This document shows positions 1-10,554 of a stretch of 64,000 nt of DNA, piece after piece. The position numbers were made by a program, and so were the translations under genes. How positions within the stretch are numbered: position 1 is the first letter of the stretch; each line of letters opens with the position of its first letter. The DNA is taken from NCBI GenBank assembly GCA_963748815.1, contig CAVVKJ010000010.1, positions 640,001-704,000 of the forward strand, written 5' to 3'. The notes beneath the pieces are model-generated. The model searched no databases. It was given only the letters and a program-made list of their open reading frames with translations, and was not told the origin of the DNA. This DNA is from an uncultured Gemmatimonadales bacterium (GTDB taxonomy: Bacteria > Gemmatimonadota > Gemmatimonadetes > Gemmatimonadales > GWC2-71-9).

Positions 1-174
1 CAGGTAGTCCGGATTCTCCGCACTTGAGTCCTGTGGCCACAGCACCGACTGTTGGCTTGAAATTGAAGCGTCGAGGATTCGGCGCATTTCGGCTGACGAC
101 TCATCCATCAATGACCCCTTGCATGCTATCAGATGCCATGGGTTGCTTGGTTCCACCGCATTCGAAAGGGCGCT

Positions 175-582
175 TCAACCGACCACAGGTTGTCGGAGTT
201 GCACCACCACATGCGCTGCCAATGCAGCGTAGGCTAGCGCCAAGAACACGAGCTTCAGGCGGAAGAGTCGATAGGGCCAGGTATCGAGGGAGGCTGGCTT
301 GTGATACTCCCCTTCAATCGTGCCGGTCTCGGTATGTTGAGCTTTCTCTTGGGCCAGAAGCCAATTCCGCTGACCTACGGCAGCAAGCAGTGCCTGGGCC
401 AAGTCGGAGCCGAAGAACAGGAATACGCTGAGAAGAGCCCAGAGTGCAGTTGGTGGAAACCTGCCATCTGCACTGCGAAAGATCCAACATATCGCCGCTG
501 CGCCGAAGGCGAGTCGCCGAGTGAGCTCCGTGATGTCACGCGTATAATCTCGGTAATGGCCCCATGCCTCGGCGTTCTTCAT
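175..582 (-). CDS. Hypothetical membrane protein (135 aa, about 3 TM segments)
   Basis: ATG-start ORF with hydrophobic segments LAFGAAAICWIF, ALWALLSVFLFFG, LVFLALAYAALAAHVVV. Confidence 0.7.
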   Translation of the reverse strand: MKNAEAWGHYRDYTRDITELTRRLAFGAAAICWIFRSADGRFPPTALWALLSVFLFFGSDLAQALLAAVGQRNWLLAQEKAQHTETGTIEGEYHKPASLDTWPYRLFRLKLVFLALAYAALAAHVVVQLRQPVVG

Positions 583-704
583 GGCTTTGTTGGAGGAGTA
601 GACCTCGTCCCTGGATTCCCCGTAGGTGCCGGTTTCCTGGGAGGAACCGATGGCGCAGGCGTGGTGGGCTTTGGCTGCTTGTCAATCGGGGCCGTATAAC
701 TCAA
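579..704 (-). CDS. Putative 41-aa proline-rich peptide (MSYTAPIDKQPKPTTPAPSVPPRKPAPTGNPGTRSTPPTKP)
   Basis: GGAGG upstream of TTG; stop overlaps the next start (ATGA at 579-582); alternative in-frame ATG at 743; below ORF-track cutoff. Confidence 0.4.
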   Translation of the reverse strand: MSYTAPIDKQPKPTTPAPSVPPRKPAPTGNPGTRSTPPTKP

Positions 705-894
705 TGGACACGCCCTCCCAGTTCCCAACGCATTGGTTCCCATCCGGCACGGCTCTTTGATCCAAAGTTCAACAATCCCTAGGCAGATCGCAAGTGCAAA
801 TAAATGCGAGAGTTCCGAGGCTCAGCGACCTCGGGGAGGCCCATCGTCCGAGGGTCACCAACTTCGGCCAGAGTGTCCACCGAAAGACACGCTC

Positions 895-938
895 TTGACA
901 AGCTGAACACGCGGTTTAAGATATATTTAACCTTAAAC
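895..938 (+). promoter_or_regulatory. Sigma70-like promoter overlapped by an inverted-repeat operator
   Basis: TTGACA (895-900), 16 nt, TAAGAT (917-922); GTTTAAG-N11-CTTAAAC (914-938). Confidence 0.55.
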
Positions 939-951
939 AAAGCATAAGCCC

Positions 952-1293
952 ATGAGCTATTCCCAGCCGGACATGATCCGCGTCAGAGCGGCGATCGAAC
1001 GGGGACTGAAGGTGGAGTTCTGGTGGACCGGGCTTCCTGGCGAACGAGGAGCGAAAGTGGTCAAGGTCGATGAGCATGGCATGCGGTGGACGCTAGACAT
1101 AGAGGCTACGCACTGGGTCACTCAGAAGATTGCGGCAGGGCTGCTAGGAGTGAGTGTCGTCACAATCAACAAATGGGTCCGTGAGGGAGTATTCCCGAAC
1201 AAGAAGATCAGGCGTGGGGTGTCCGTGATTCCGATTCGAGAGGTGGAGAAACTCGCCAATTCGCGTGGCCTCTTCTTGCGAAGCAAACAATAG
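952..1293 (+). CDS. DNA-binding protein with C-terminal excisionase/MerR-type HTH
   Basis: VTQKIAAGLLGVSVVTINKWVREGVFP matches the HTH_17/MerR-like pattern; promoter directly upstream. Confidence 0.75.
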   Translation: MSYSQPDMIRVRAAIERGLKVEFWWTGLPGERGAKVVKVDEHGMRWTLDIEATHWVTQKIAAGLLGVSVVTINKWVREGVFPNKKIRRGVSVIPIREVEKLANSRGLFLRSKQ

Positions 1294-1340
1294 TCATCAA
1301 CAGGCCTAAATGGACTACGGCCAGAAGGGAGGTGATATGA

Positions 1341-1478
1341 GTGCCGACGAAAACTGAGTTGGAAGCCCAAAACGATGAACTTCGCGAACGGCTGGAAGCA
1401 GCCCGTGAGATCATCGATGACGCCCTCGGTCTCGAAGATGAGGACGACGACGACGACGAAGACGAAGACGACGACTGA
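1341..1478 (+). CDS. 45-aa highly acidic small protein (MPTKTELEAQNDELRERLEAAREIIDDALGLEDEDDDDDEDEDDD)
   Basis: Strong SD AAGGGAGGTGA before GTG; amphipathic helix plus poly-D/E tail; absent from ORF track (<60 aa). Confidence 0.7.
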   Translation: MPTKTELEAQNDELRERLEAAREIIDDALGLEDEDDDDDEDEDDD

Positions 1479-1590
1479 ATACGACAACGGGCTGCAACCG
1501 CTTAGCCATGGTGGCTTCGCAATTGCAACCCGCTCAACCTGCTGAACCGAGACACTGCGCCAACAGTGCCTCGGAGGGTACTGATTACTT

Positions 1591-1812
1591 ATGCCTTCCA
1601 ATATGGATTCCATCGCCGTCCCTGACAAGGCCCAAGGGGCTCTCCTCTCAGTTCGGGACGCTGCTTCCTATCTGAAGATGTCCGAGGGATGGCTCTCACA
1701 GAGCGACATCCCCTTTGTTCGGCTTGGTCGCAGTCGGCGTTACCGTCTGGTCGACCTCGATTCGCACATCGAGCAAAATCTTTCCCACCGACCAATACGG
1801 GGGCCCCGATGA
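1591..1812 (+). CDS. Excisionase-like HTH_17 protein
   Basis: LLSVRDAASYLKMS...IPFVRLGRSRRYRLVDLD; ATGA overlap with the integrase. Confidence 0.8.
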   Translation: MPSNMDSIAVPDKAQGALLSVRDAASYLKMSEGWLSQSDIPFVRLGRSRRYRLVDLDSHIEQNLSHRPIRGPR

Positions 1813-2915
1813 GCAGCATCTATGTGCGCGGCAAGACCTGGTACGTCGCTGTCCCTACACGATCTGGGAAGTGGACGAAGTGGTCGACGGGCAGCCGCGA
1901 CAAGGCGATGGCGCAGCGGATGGCCCGGATGATTGACGACTTCGGCCCGAAGGGACAACGCGCCTGGGTCTTCTTGGATGCCGTATCCACCGGCCAACTG
2001 CCAGTGGCAGCGTTGTATGACGCGTACTCGGCCCGCCAGCTCGACCAGCTGAAGGAGGAGCTGACCGATGTTGACCTGGAGCCATACGTGGACAAGTGGT
2101 TGAAGGCCATCGAGAGCAACGTGGCAGTCGACACGATCCAGCATTACGGGCTATATGCGCGCTCACTATTCCGAGAGGGTACCCGCTTTCCGAGGTCAGC
2201 GCTCCGACACGAGAGGATCGTCGAGTGGCTCGGATCACGAAAGGTGGGTCGCTCCACCAAGCGGAAGTACCACGCCGCGCTGAGCAGTTTCTGTGAACAC
2301 CTGAAGGGGATCGGTATCCTTCAGCGGAATCCGATGCGGGACGTGAAGGCACCGTCCCCTGCCCCGGCCCGAATGAGCTACTTGAACCAGACAGACGTGG
2401 AGCGATTGATCGCTGCCCAGGCGCATCCCTACAACGTCCTTTCTACGCTGGTCCATGGCACCGGTATGGAGCTTTCGGTGGCATTGGGACTCAAGAAACG
2501 GGACATCGACCCTGTCCGACGAGAGATCCGAGCCAAGGGCACTAAGACCAAGTATCGGGACCGGCACGCGACTGTCGTCGATTGGGCCTGGCCGACCATT
2601 GAGCGTCATGCCGCCTTGCTAACTCCCAATGCGCCGCTCTTTCCAGGGATCAATCGCTGGACAGCCAGCGACAAGCACCGTGAGGCGTGCCTCGCTCTTG
2701 GGCTGGAGAATTATCAGCTCAAGGACTCCAGGCACACCTACGCCGTGAGGGCCATCCGTGGAGGCGCATCCTTTGAGTTTGTGGCTCGGCAATTGGGCCA
2801 TGCGGACACGACCATGGCGGTGAAGGTGTATGGACGATTCACCCCAACGGACAGTGAAAGGACCGATTGGGAGGAGAACGCAAGAGCCCAAGATGCCGCC
2901 AGAGCGCAGGCGTAA
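1809..2915 (+). CDS. Tyrosine recombinase/integrase (368 aa), atypical catalytic motifs
   Basis: N-terminal arm-binding-like region (IYVRGKTWYV), NPMRDV, KDSRHTYA, VARQLGHADTTMAVKVY; box I reads TGMELSV rather than TGxRxSE. Confidence 0.92.
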   Translation: MSSIYVRGKTWYVAVPTRSGKWTKWSTGSRDKAMAQRMARMIDDFGPKGQRAWVFLDAVSTGQLPVAALYDAYSARQLDQLKEELTDVDLEPYVDKWLKAIESNVAVDTIQHYGLYARSLFREGTRFPRSALRHERIVEWLGSRKVGRSTKRKYHAALSSFCEHLKGIGILQRNPMRDVKAPSPAPARMSYLNQTDVERLIAAQAHPYNVLSTLVHGTGMELSVALGLKKRDIDPVRREIRAKGTKTKYRDRHATVVDWAWPTIERHAALLTPNAPLFPGINRWTASDKHREACLALGLENYQLKDSRHTYAVRAIRGGASFEFVARQLGHADTTMAVKVYGRFTPTDSERTDWEENARAQDAARAQA

Positions 2916-2954
2916 CCAACTTCCTCCCCGGAGTTTCCCTTCGCAATTAGTACG

Positions 2955-3033
2955 AAAAGTCCGTGGAAAAAGTCCGGTAATTGCCCGGCAAAAGTCCGTC
3001 TAGCGATTTTGAAAAGTCCGGTGAAAAAGTCCG
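2955..3033 (+). repeat. Five direct copies of AAAAGTCCG, probable integrase arm-type sites
   Basis: Copies start at 2955, 2968, 2990, 3012, 3025. Confidence 0.85.
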
Positions 3034-3120
3034 TCAGGGCACTATTCCCCGGTTTACCACGCAGTGAGGGCAGGATGCCGATACTCGCAAAGCTTTGCAA
3101 TTCTTCAGCTCTTGGTACAC

Positions 3121-3154
3121 AAAAAACGGAAGCCCCTTCAGACTTCGAAGGGGC
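3121..3154 (-). terminator. Rho-independent terminator downstream of tRNA-Met
   Basis: GCCCCTTC/GAAGGGGC stem followed on the minus strand by a T6 tract. Confidence 0.65.
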
Positions 3155-3190
3155 ATCTCGTAACTCTTTGGCAATCATGAACCTACACGA

Positions 3191-3264
3191 TAGCAGGGGC
3201 GGGACTCGAACCCGCGACCCCGGCATTATGAGTGCCGTGCTCTAACCACCTGAGCTACCCTGCC
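3191..3264 (-). tRNA. tRNA-Met (CAT), elongator type; CCA not encoded
   Basis: GGCAGGGTAGCTCAG...CACTCATAATG...GGTTCGAGTCCCGCCCCTGCTA cloverleaf; paired first base pair. Confidence 0.93.
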
Positions 3265-3295
3265 AACAACAACAACTTGGGACTGAGGACTGAGC

Positions 3296-3324
3296 GTACG
3301 GGCACGCCGCGGCGTGCCCCGTAC
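3296..3324. repeat. REP-like palindrome
   Basis: GTACGGGCACGCC-GC-GGCGTGCCCCGTAC near-perfect inverted repeat. Confidence 0.55.
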
Positions 3325-3358
3325 AGCGCGGCAATCCTAGCCGCGCGCGAGCCGGATA

Positions 3359-5721
<2,363 letters not shown>

Positions 5722-5725
<4 letters not shown>

Positions 5726-6687
5726 GCGAAGTGATCATGCCCGGAAAGCGCGACTGGTACCCCGGCGAAGGTGGCCGCGACGCCCGTCCCCCGCCGAATC
5801 CGGCCGATCCGCGTGAGCACCGTGCCGGTGTCCTGCTGGAACCGCCGGGCCTCGAGGTCGTCGAATCCCTTGGGCAGCGCGGCCAGGAGTTCGTAGTCTT
5901 CCCCGCCTCGCGCGGCAAAGGCCTGCACGGCGTCGCCCCGCGCGAGGGCGCAGGCCACCGCGTCGGGATGCACCGGGATCTGTTCCAGGTCGATCTCCAC
6001 CCGAACCTCCGACGCCGCCGCGAGGTGTCCGGCGTCTCCGCCGAGGCCGTCCGAAACGTCCAGCATCGCGTGGGCGCCATGCGCGGCCAGCCACCGCCCT
6101 TCGGCAATCCTCGGGACAGGATGCGCGAATCGCTCCCGTGCCCCCTGGGCCGGTTCGCTGCCTGACTCCCAGGCGTGGAGTGCGGCGCGCGCGCCGCCGA
6201 GGGTGCCCGTCACCCAGAGCACATCGCCGGGCCGCGCCTCGGAACGGCCGACTGGCCGCGCGGAACGGCCGACCACGGTGACGTCGGCCACCCATACGGG
6301 AGAGCGGGAAAGATCGCCGCCGAGGACCCGCCCACCCACGGCGGCAACCGCGGCGCCCACGCCGCGCATCAGGGCGACCAGATCGTCGGATGAGGCGTCG
6401 CGGGGGGCGCCGACGCTCGCGGTCAGCCCCACGACCTCGGCACCGGCCGCGGCCAGGTCGGAAAGCGCGGACGAGGCGGCCCGCCATCCGATCTCCTCGA
6501 GCGTGAGCCAGTCGCGGCGGAAGTGGACGCCTTCGACGCTCATGTCCGTGCTCAGCACGACTTCGCCGAACCCCGGTGGCAGGACGGCGCAGTCGTTGCC
6601 CAGCCCGGCAGCCGCGGGACCGAGCGCCGCCGCGATGGCCCGGATGCGCTCGAATTCTGCGCCGCCCCCCAGTGGAATGTCGGTCAC
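5722..6687 (-). CDS. thiL: Thiamine-monophosphate kinase
   Basis: GNDCAV, VEGVHF, LSDLAA, DVSDGL, GEDYELL. Confidence 0.95.
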
Positions 6688-8261
6688 GGCCGAATCTCGG
6701 CGAGGCGGAAGCGGACCAGCCCGGCGGTCGTCGCGACCCAGAGGTAATCCACGTCGATGGCCAGATCGAGCGGGAGCCCCGGCAGGTCGCCACCCACGCC
6801 GAGGGGGCGGACCGGCGTGCCCTCCAGGCGGGTCCAGCCGACGCCGAGGTCGCCAGCCACCCAGAGCCCGTCCCCGTCGACGATGAGCCGCCGGAGCGGG
6901 CCCACCACGCCGGAAATCGGCGCGCCGAGCACCCAGCGAGCCTCGCCCGGCACCCTCCAGACGAACTGATCACTCGTGACCCCCACGAGTGTGTCGCCCA
7001 TCCAGGCGAAGTCGTAGATGGTACGCCCGAAGGCCGCCGATTCCTCGACCGACGCGGGCAGGAACAGGCTGGGTCGGTCTGCGAGGGCTCCGCGGGGGCC
7101 ATTCGGGGTGCCGACCCACACGGTATCGGGACCGATGGCCACGGCGCCGACCGAGCCGGCGTAGTCTGGCGCGAGCCGCTCTCCGCCGGTGGTATCGACA
7201 AATCGGGCCAACCCCCGCTGGGTCCCGGCGACCACCACGCCCCGTCGCGTGGCCAGCGCCGTTACCCGCCGGTCGGGGAGTCCGGACGTCTCCGTGTAGG
7301 CGGCAAACTCGGTCGGGTTCTCCGAGTCGAACCGGAGCAGGCCACCATCGGTAGCGGCCCAGACCGCCGGACCGACGCCGATCAGCCGGCGTCCGCGCGT
7401 GAACGGAAGCCCCGTGGCTGACGGCCCGGCAAAGACCCTGAACTCCGTGAGGTCGCTCGCCACGAAGTTGAGCGCGGAGGGCGCCGTCTCGCCCCGATCG
7501 GTCAGGGCCCACACGCCGCCCGGCACGGCGTAGAGCGCGCCGACGACCGATCCCGGAAGTCCAAAGGTGAGCCGCTGCGGAACCACCATGCCGTCGGGTA
7601 CGAAGAGCGCGCCGACGCCATCGCTGCCGAGATACCAGCCGAGGTTGTCGAACGATCGTGCCGCGGACGTCAGGCGGGCGTTTCGAAGCGAGGGATCGAG
7701 CAGGAACGCCGATGCGCTGCCACCGAGCGCCGGGTTCGAGGCGATGGCCTGCGCCACGGTGGCCGGCCGGACCGGCCGGATCGGGGGCGCGGAGGGAAAG
7801 GCGTTGAATCCGCCACGTGGCACCTTCGCCCAACCCGAGGCGGTTCGCAGGAAGAGTCCGTCATAGGGCGCGGCGAGATCGAAGGCAAAGTCGAGAAGCC
7901 GGCCGTCGGCATCTCCACGCTCCCAGATGCGCAGGTCCGGCTGGAAATGCACCCAGCCGTCGACGGTCGCGAGCCAGAGGCTGTTATCGAGCGGATCGAT
8001 CATGCCCGCCGTGACTCGCTCAAGCGCGCCCGCGACCGGCGGGTCGTACGGGCCGTCCCAGCGGCGGAGCAACGGGCTCCACGAGAGAACCGCGTCCGGG
8101 GAGACCACGAACACCCGCTCAGGCCCGGCGGCGACGGCCCGGATACGGGTCCAATCCCCGATGACCACCCGGTCTCCGGGCCGCCAGTTCCGCGACACCT
8201 GGGCGGGGAGCACGGACACGACGCCGCAGAGCAGGAGCGAGAGGGAGGAGGTCAAGCGCAT
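6684..8261 (-). CDS. Exported beta-propeller protein
   Basis: Signal peptide; repeated LWxATxxG(L) blades (LWLATVDG, VWAATDGGL, VWVGTPNG, LWVATTAGL). Confidence 0.75.
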   Translation of the reverse strand: MRLTSSLSLLLCGVVSVLPAQVSRNWRPGDRVVIGDWTRIRAVAAGPERVFVVSPDAVLSWSPLLRRWDGPYDPPVAGALERVTAGMIDPLDNSLWLATVDGWVHFQPDLRIWERGDADGRLLDFAFDLAAPYDGLFLRTASGWAKVPRGGFNAFPSAPPIRPVRPATVAQAIASNPALGGSASAFLLDPSLRNARLTSAARSFDNLGWYLGSDGVGALFVPDGMVVPQRLTFGLPGSVVGALYAVPGGVWALTDRGETAPSALNFVASDLTEFRVFAGPSATGLPFTRGRRLIGVGPAVWAATDGGLLRFDSENPTEFAAYTETSGLPDRRVTALATRRGVVVAGTQRGLARFVDTTGGERLAPDYAGSVGAVAIGPDTVWVGTPNGPRGALADRPSLFLPASVEESAAFGRTIYDFAWMGDTLVGVTSDQFVWRVPGEARWVLGAPISGVVGPLRRLIVDGDGLWVAGDLGVGWTRLEGTPVRPLGVGGDLPGLPLDLAIDVDYLWVATTAGLVRFRLAEIRP

Positions 8262-8306
8262 GGGGGTAAGGTACCGCATTCGTGGACGGCCGGCGCCGAG
8301 CCCTGC

Positions 8307-9854
8307 TCAGGCTCGGGGTCGCTCGAGTTCCAGCAGAATCGGCGGGGTGACACGCGGTGGACTGCTGCGAAGCAGCGTCCAGGCGCGCCAGAGATCAGGG
8401 AGGGCGTTCACGACGTCCATCGGCCGCATCGCCCGCGCGGTGTGCCGTCGCGCGGCCAGCTCCCCCGCCCGGCCGAGCGCCTGGGCGGCGAAGGCGGCGG
8501 CGCGATCTCCCGGCAGCCCCGCGCCGAGCATCGCCCCGCAAATGCCCGCCAGGAGGTCTCCGCTGCCACCGGTGGCCAGCCCCGGCCCGCCCGCCCCGAT
8601 GGTGCGGGACGCATGCCCGGCGCGAGCCACCACGGATGGAACCCCCTTCAGGAGCACCGTGGCGCCGGTCTCGGCTGCGGCAGACTCGGCGGCCCCCCAG
8701 GGGTCGGTGTCCAGCGACCCGGCCAGATGCGGAAAGAGGGAGCGAAACTCGCCGGGATGCGGAGTCAGGACGAGGTCGCGGCCTGCGGCGATTTCCCGTA
8801 GCCGGGGGAGCGCACCCTGGAACGCGGCGAGCCCATCGGCGTCCAGCACGGCGGCGCGGCAACCGTGGAGCACCGCAGCGACCAGCTCGACGGCTCCCGC
8901 CGCCCTTCCGAGCCCCGGGCCGACGATCACGGCGTCTGCCGCGCGCACCAGGGCGAGCAGTTCATCCCCTGGCGGACCGTCGAGGGGGTGGGCGCGGAAC
9001 TGCAGGTCCGGCTCCGCCCCCGCCAGGGCCGCGACGGTTTCCCCGGGGCCCACGGCGTAGACGAGCCCCGCCCCGGAGGCAAACGCGGCCCGCCCCGCCA
9101 TCCGCAACGCCCCGCTCATGCCGGTGTTGCCACCGACCACCACCACCCGGCCCCGGTCGCCCTTGTGTGCACGAGCCGGGAACGGCGTCAGCCATTCGGC
9201 GGCCAGCGCATCGGTCATCAGCACCGGCCACGAGGGATCCACGGCGGGCAGCCCGATGTCGATGACGACCACATCTCCCACCTCGTCACGGGCGAGGAGG
9301 TGCCCCCGCCGAGGCGCGCCGAAGGTGATCGAAAGTTCGGCGCCCGCGGGGCCCCAGGCCGCGCCGGTGAGCAAGTCGACACCCGTCGGCCCATCAAGCG
9401 CAATCATCGGCACGCGCAAGTCGCGGAGGCGTTCCATCAGGGCGGCGGCCGGCCCACGCGGAGCCCCGGACGCGCCGGTGCCGAGCACGGCGTCCACCGC
9501 AAGCGCCACGGTCGGCCATGGGCCGTCGGGCGACACCTGCCGGACGCCCTCGGCGAGGGCGATATCGCGAACCTGCGCGTTGAGGGAGGAAGGTGCGCCG
9601 GGAAGCGGCGCGACCCAGACGGGGATGTCGTGCGTGTGCAGGGTGCGGGCGAGGACCCATCCGTCGCCACCGTTGTTGCCGGTTCCCGAGGCGACCAGGA
9701 CGCCGCCGGACAGCGAAGGCCCGAACCGGGCCGCGATGACCGCCGCGCACCCCCGGCCCGCGGCGTCCATCAGCGTCGCGACCGCGATGCCTGCCGCCTC
9801 GGCACGGCGGTCCCACTCGGCGGATTGCTCGGGGGTGAGTACGGGGATGTGCAT
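8307..9854 (-). CDS. nnr: Bifunctional NAD(P)H-hydrate epimerase/dehydratase
   Basis: GNNGGDG, HKGDRG, LTPHPGE, GSGDLLAG. Confidence 0.95.
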   Translation of the reverse strand: MHIPVLTPEQSAEWDRRAEAAGIAVATLMDAAGRGCAAVIAARFGPSLSGGVLVASGTGNNGGDGWVLARTLHTHDIPVWVAPLPGAPSSLNAQVRDIALAEGVRQVSPDGPWPTVALAVDAVLGTGASGAPRGPAAALMERLRDLRVPMIALDGPTGVDLLTGAAWGPAGAELSITFGAPRRGHLLARDEVGDVVVIDIGLPAVDPSWPVLMTDALAAEWLTPFPARAHKGDRGRVVVVGGNTGMSGALRMAGRAAFASGAGLVYAVGPGETVAALAGAEPDLQFRAHPLDGPPGDELLALVRAADAVIVGPGLGRAAGAVELVAAVLHGCRAAVLDADGLAAFQGALPRLREIAAGRDLVLTPHPGEFRSLFPHLAGSLDTDPWGAAESAAAETGATVLLKGVPSVVARAGHASRTIGAGGPGLATGGSGDLLAGICGAMLGAGLPGDRAAAFAAQALGRAGELAARRHTARAMRPMDVVNALPDLWRAWTLLRSSPPRVTPPILLELERPRA

Positions 9855-9868
9855 TATCAATTCCACAG

Positions 9869-9939
9869 GAGGACGTGGGGCCGGCCATCAGAGCCTGCCA
9901 TCGCGCACCGTCACCCAAAGGCAACGGCCCCACGTCCTC
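9869..9939. other. Intergenic 15-bp perfect inverted repeat with 41-nt spacer
   Basis: GAGGACGTGGGGCCG (9869-9883) / CGGCCCCACGTCCTC (9925-9939). Confidence 0.7.
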
Positions 9940-9946
9940 AGGCCCC

Positions 9947-10141
9947 CTACTTGAATGACTGACCTATGACCCGGCCGAACGAAATCTCACCGTTGTCGAT
10001 CCGCAGGTTGAACCCGCATTCCGGATTGGTGCAGACCCAGGCCTTGTAGGTGATCGGCGCACCCTCACGGCCGTAATCGGAGAGCGGGATCAGCTTTCCA
10101 TTGGCGCACTTCTGACATGCCGGCCAGTCTTTCCCTTCCAT
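9947..10141 (-). CDS. Small zinc-ribbon protein (64 aa)
   Basis: CQKC...CTNPEC; GGAGGGG SD. Confidence 0.8.
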   Translation of the reverse strand: MEGKDWPACQKCANGKLIPLSDYGREGAPITYKAWVCTNPECGFNLRIDNGEISFGRVIGQSFK

Positions 10142-10155
10142 GAGCCCCTCCCAGG

Positions 10156-10554
10156 CTAGGTCTCGACCTGCTCCGACGCGGCGCCCTTCCAGACGTACCC
10201 CGTCCGAAACGCCTCCGCGAAGTCGTACACATCGATGAAGTCCGCGGCGGAATCACCGGGCTGCGCCACGAGCAGCCCCGCCTCCACCAGCGCGAACACC
10301 ACGCGGCCCACCGCGTCGGTGGAGGTGATGCCCCAGTGCGCGAGCACCGACGGCGCGAGCAGCCCGAACTGCTCCCAGGCGAGATCGCGGCAGGCCCAGG
10401 CGACCTCGGTGCCGGCGAGATGCCGGCGCGCCGGCAACCGGGACTGCACATGCTCGATGGCGCCGAGCACGAAGAGATAGGCCCGTTCGTCGAACTGCCC
10501 GCCCCGCGAGCGGATGCGGGTCAGCACGTCGGCGACGAACGTGAGGTCGTTCAC
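10156..10554 (-). CDS. Minf_1886-like hypothetical protein
   Basis: [46 protein letters not shown]. Confidence 0.75.
   Translation of the reverse strand: MNDLTFVADVLTRIRSRGGQFDERAYLFVLGAIEHVQSRLPARRHLAGTEVAWACRDLAWEQFGLLAPSVLAHWGITSTDAVGRVVFALVEAGLLVAQPGDSAADFIDVYDFAEAFRTGYVWKGAASEQVET

Larger units (their letters stand above)
1..3190. mobile_element. End of an integrative element/genomic island inserted at the 3' end of tRNA-Met (other end lies left of the window)
   Basis: Visibly lower GC than the rest of the window; Xis-like gene plus tyrosine integrase directly adjacent to the tRNA 3' end; repeat array between integrase and tRNA. Confidence 0.85.

Noticed and set aside
1..110. Possible minus-strand ORF start (MDESSAEMRRIL...) running off the window
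   Set aside because: Too short to evaluate, and an alternative frame is equally open
1689..1808. N-terminal extension of the integrase in the ORF track
   Set aside because: Overlaps the Xis gene; ATG 1809 in an ATGA overlap is the better start
2955..3033. CRISPR array or replication iterons
   Set aside because: Units are only 9 bp with 4-13 nt gaps; no cas or rep gene is visible
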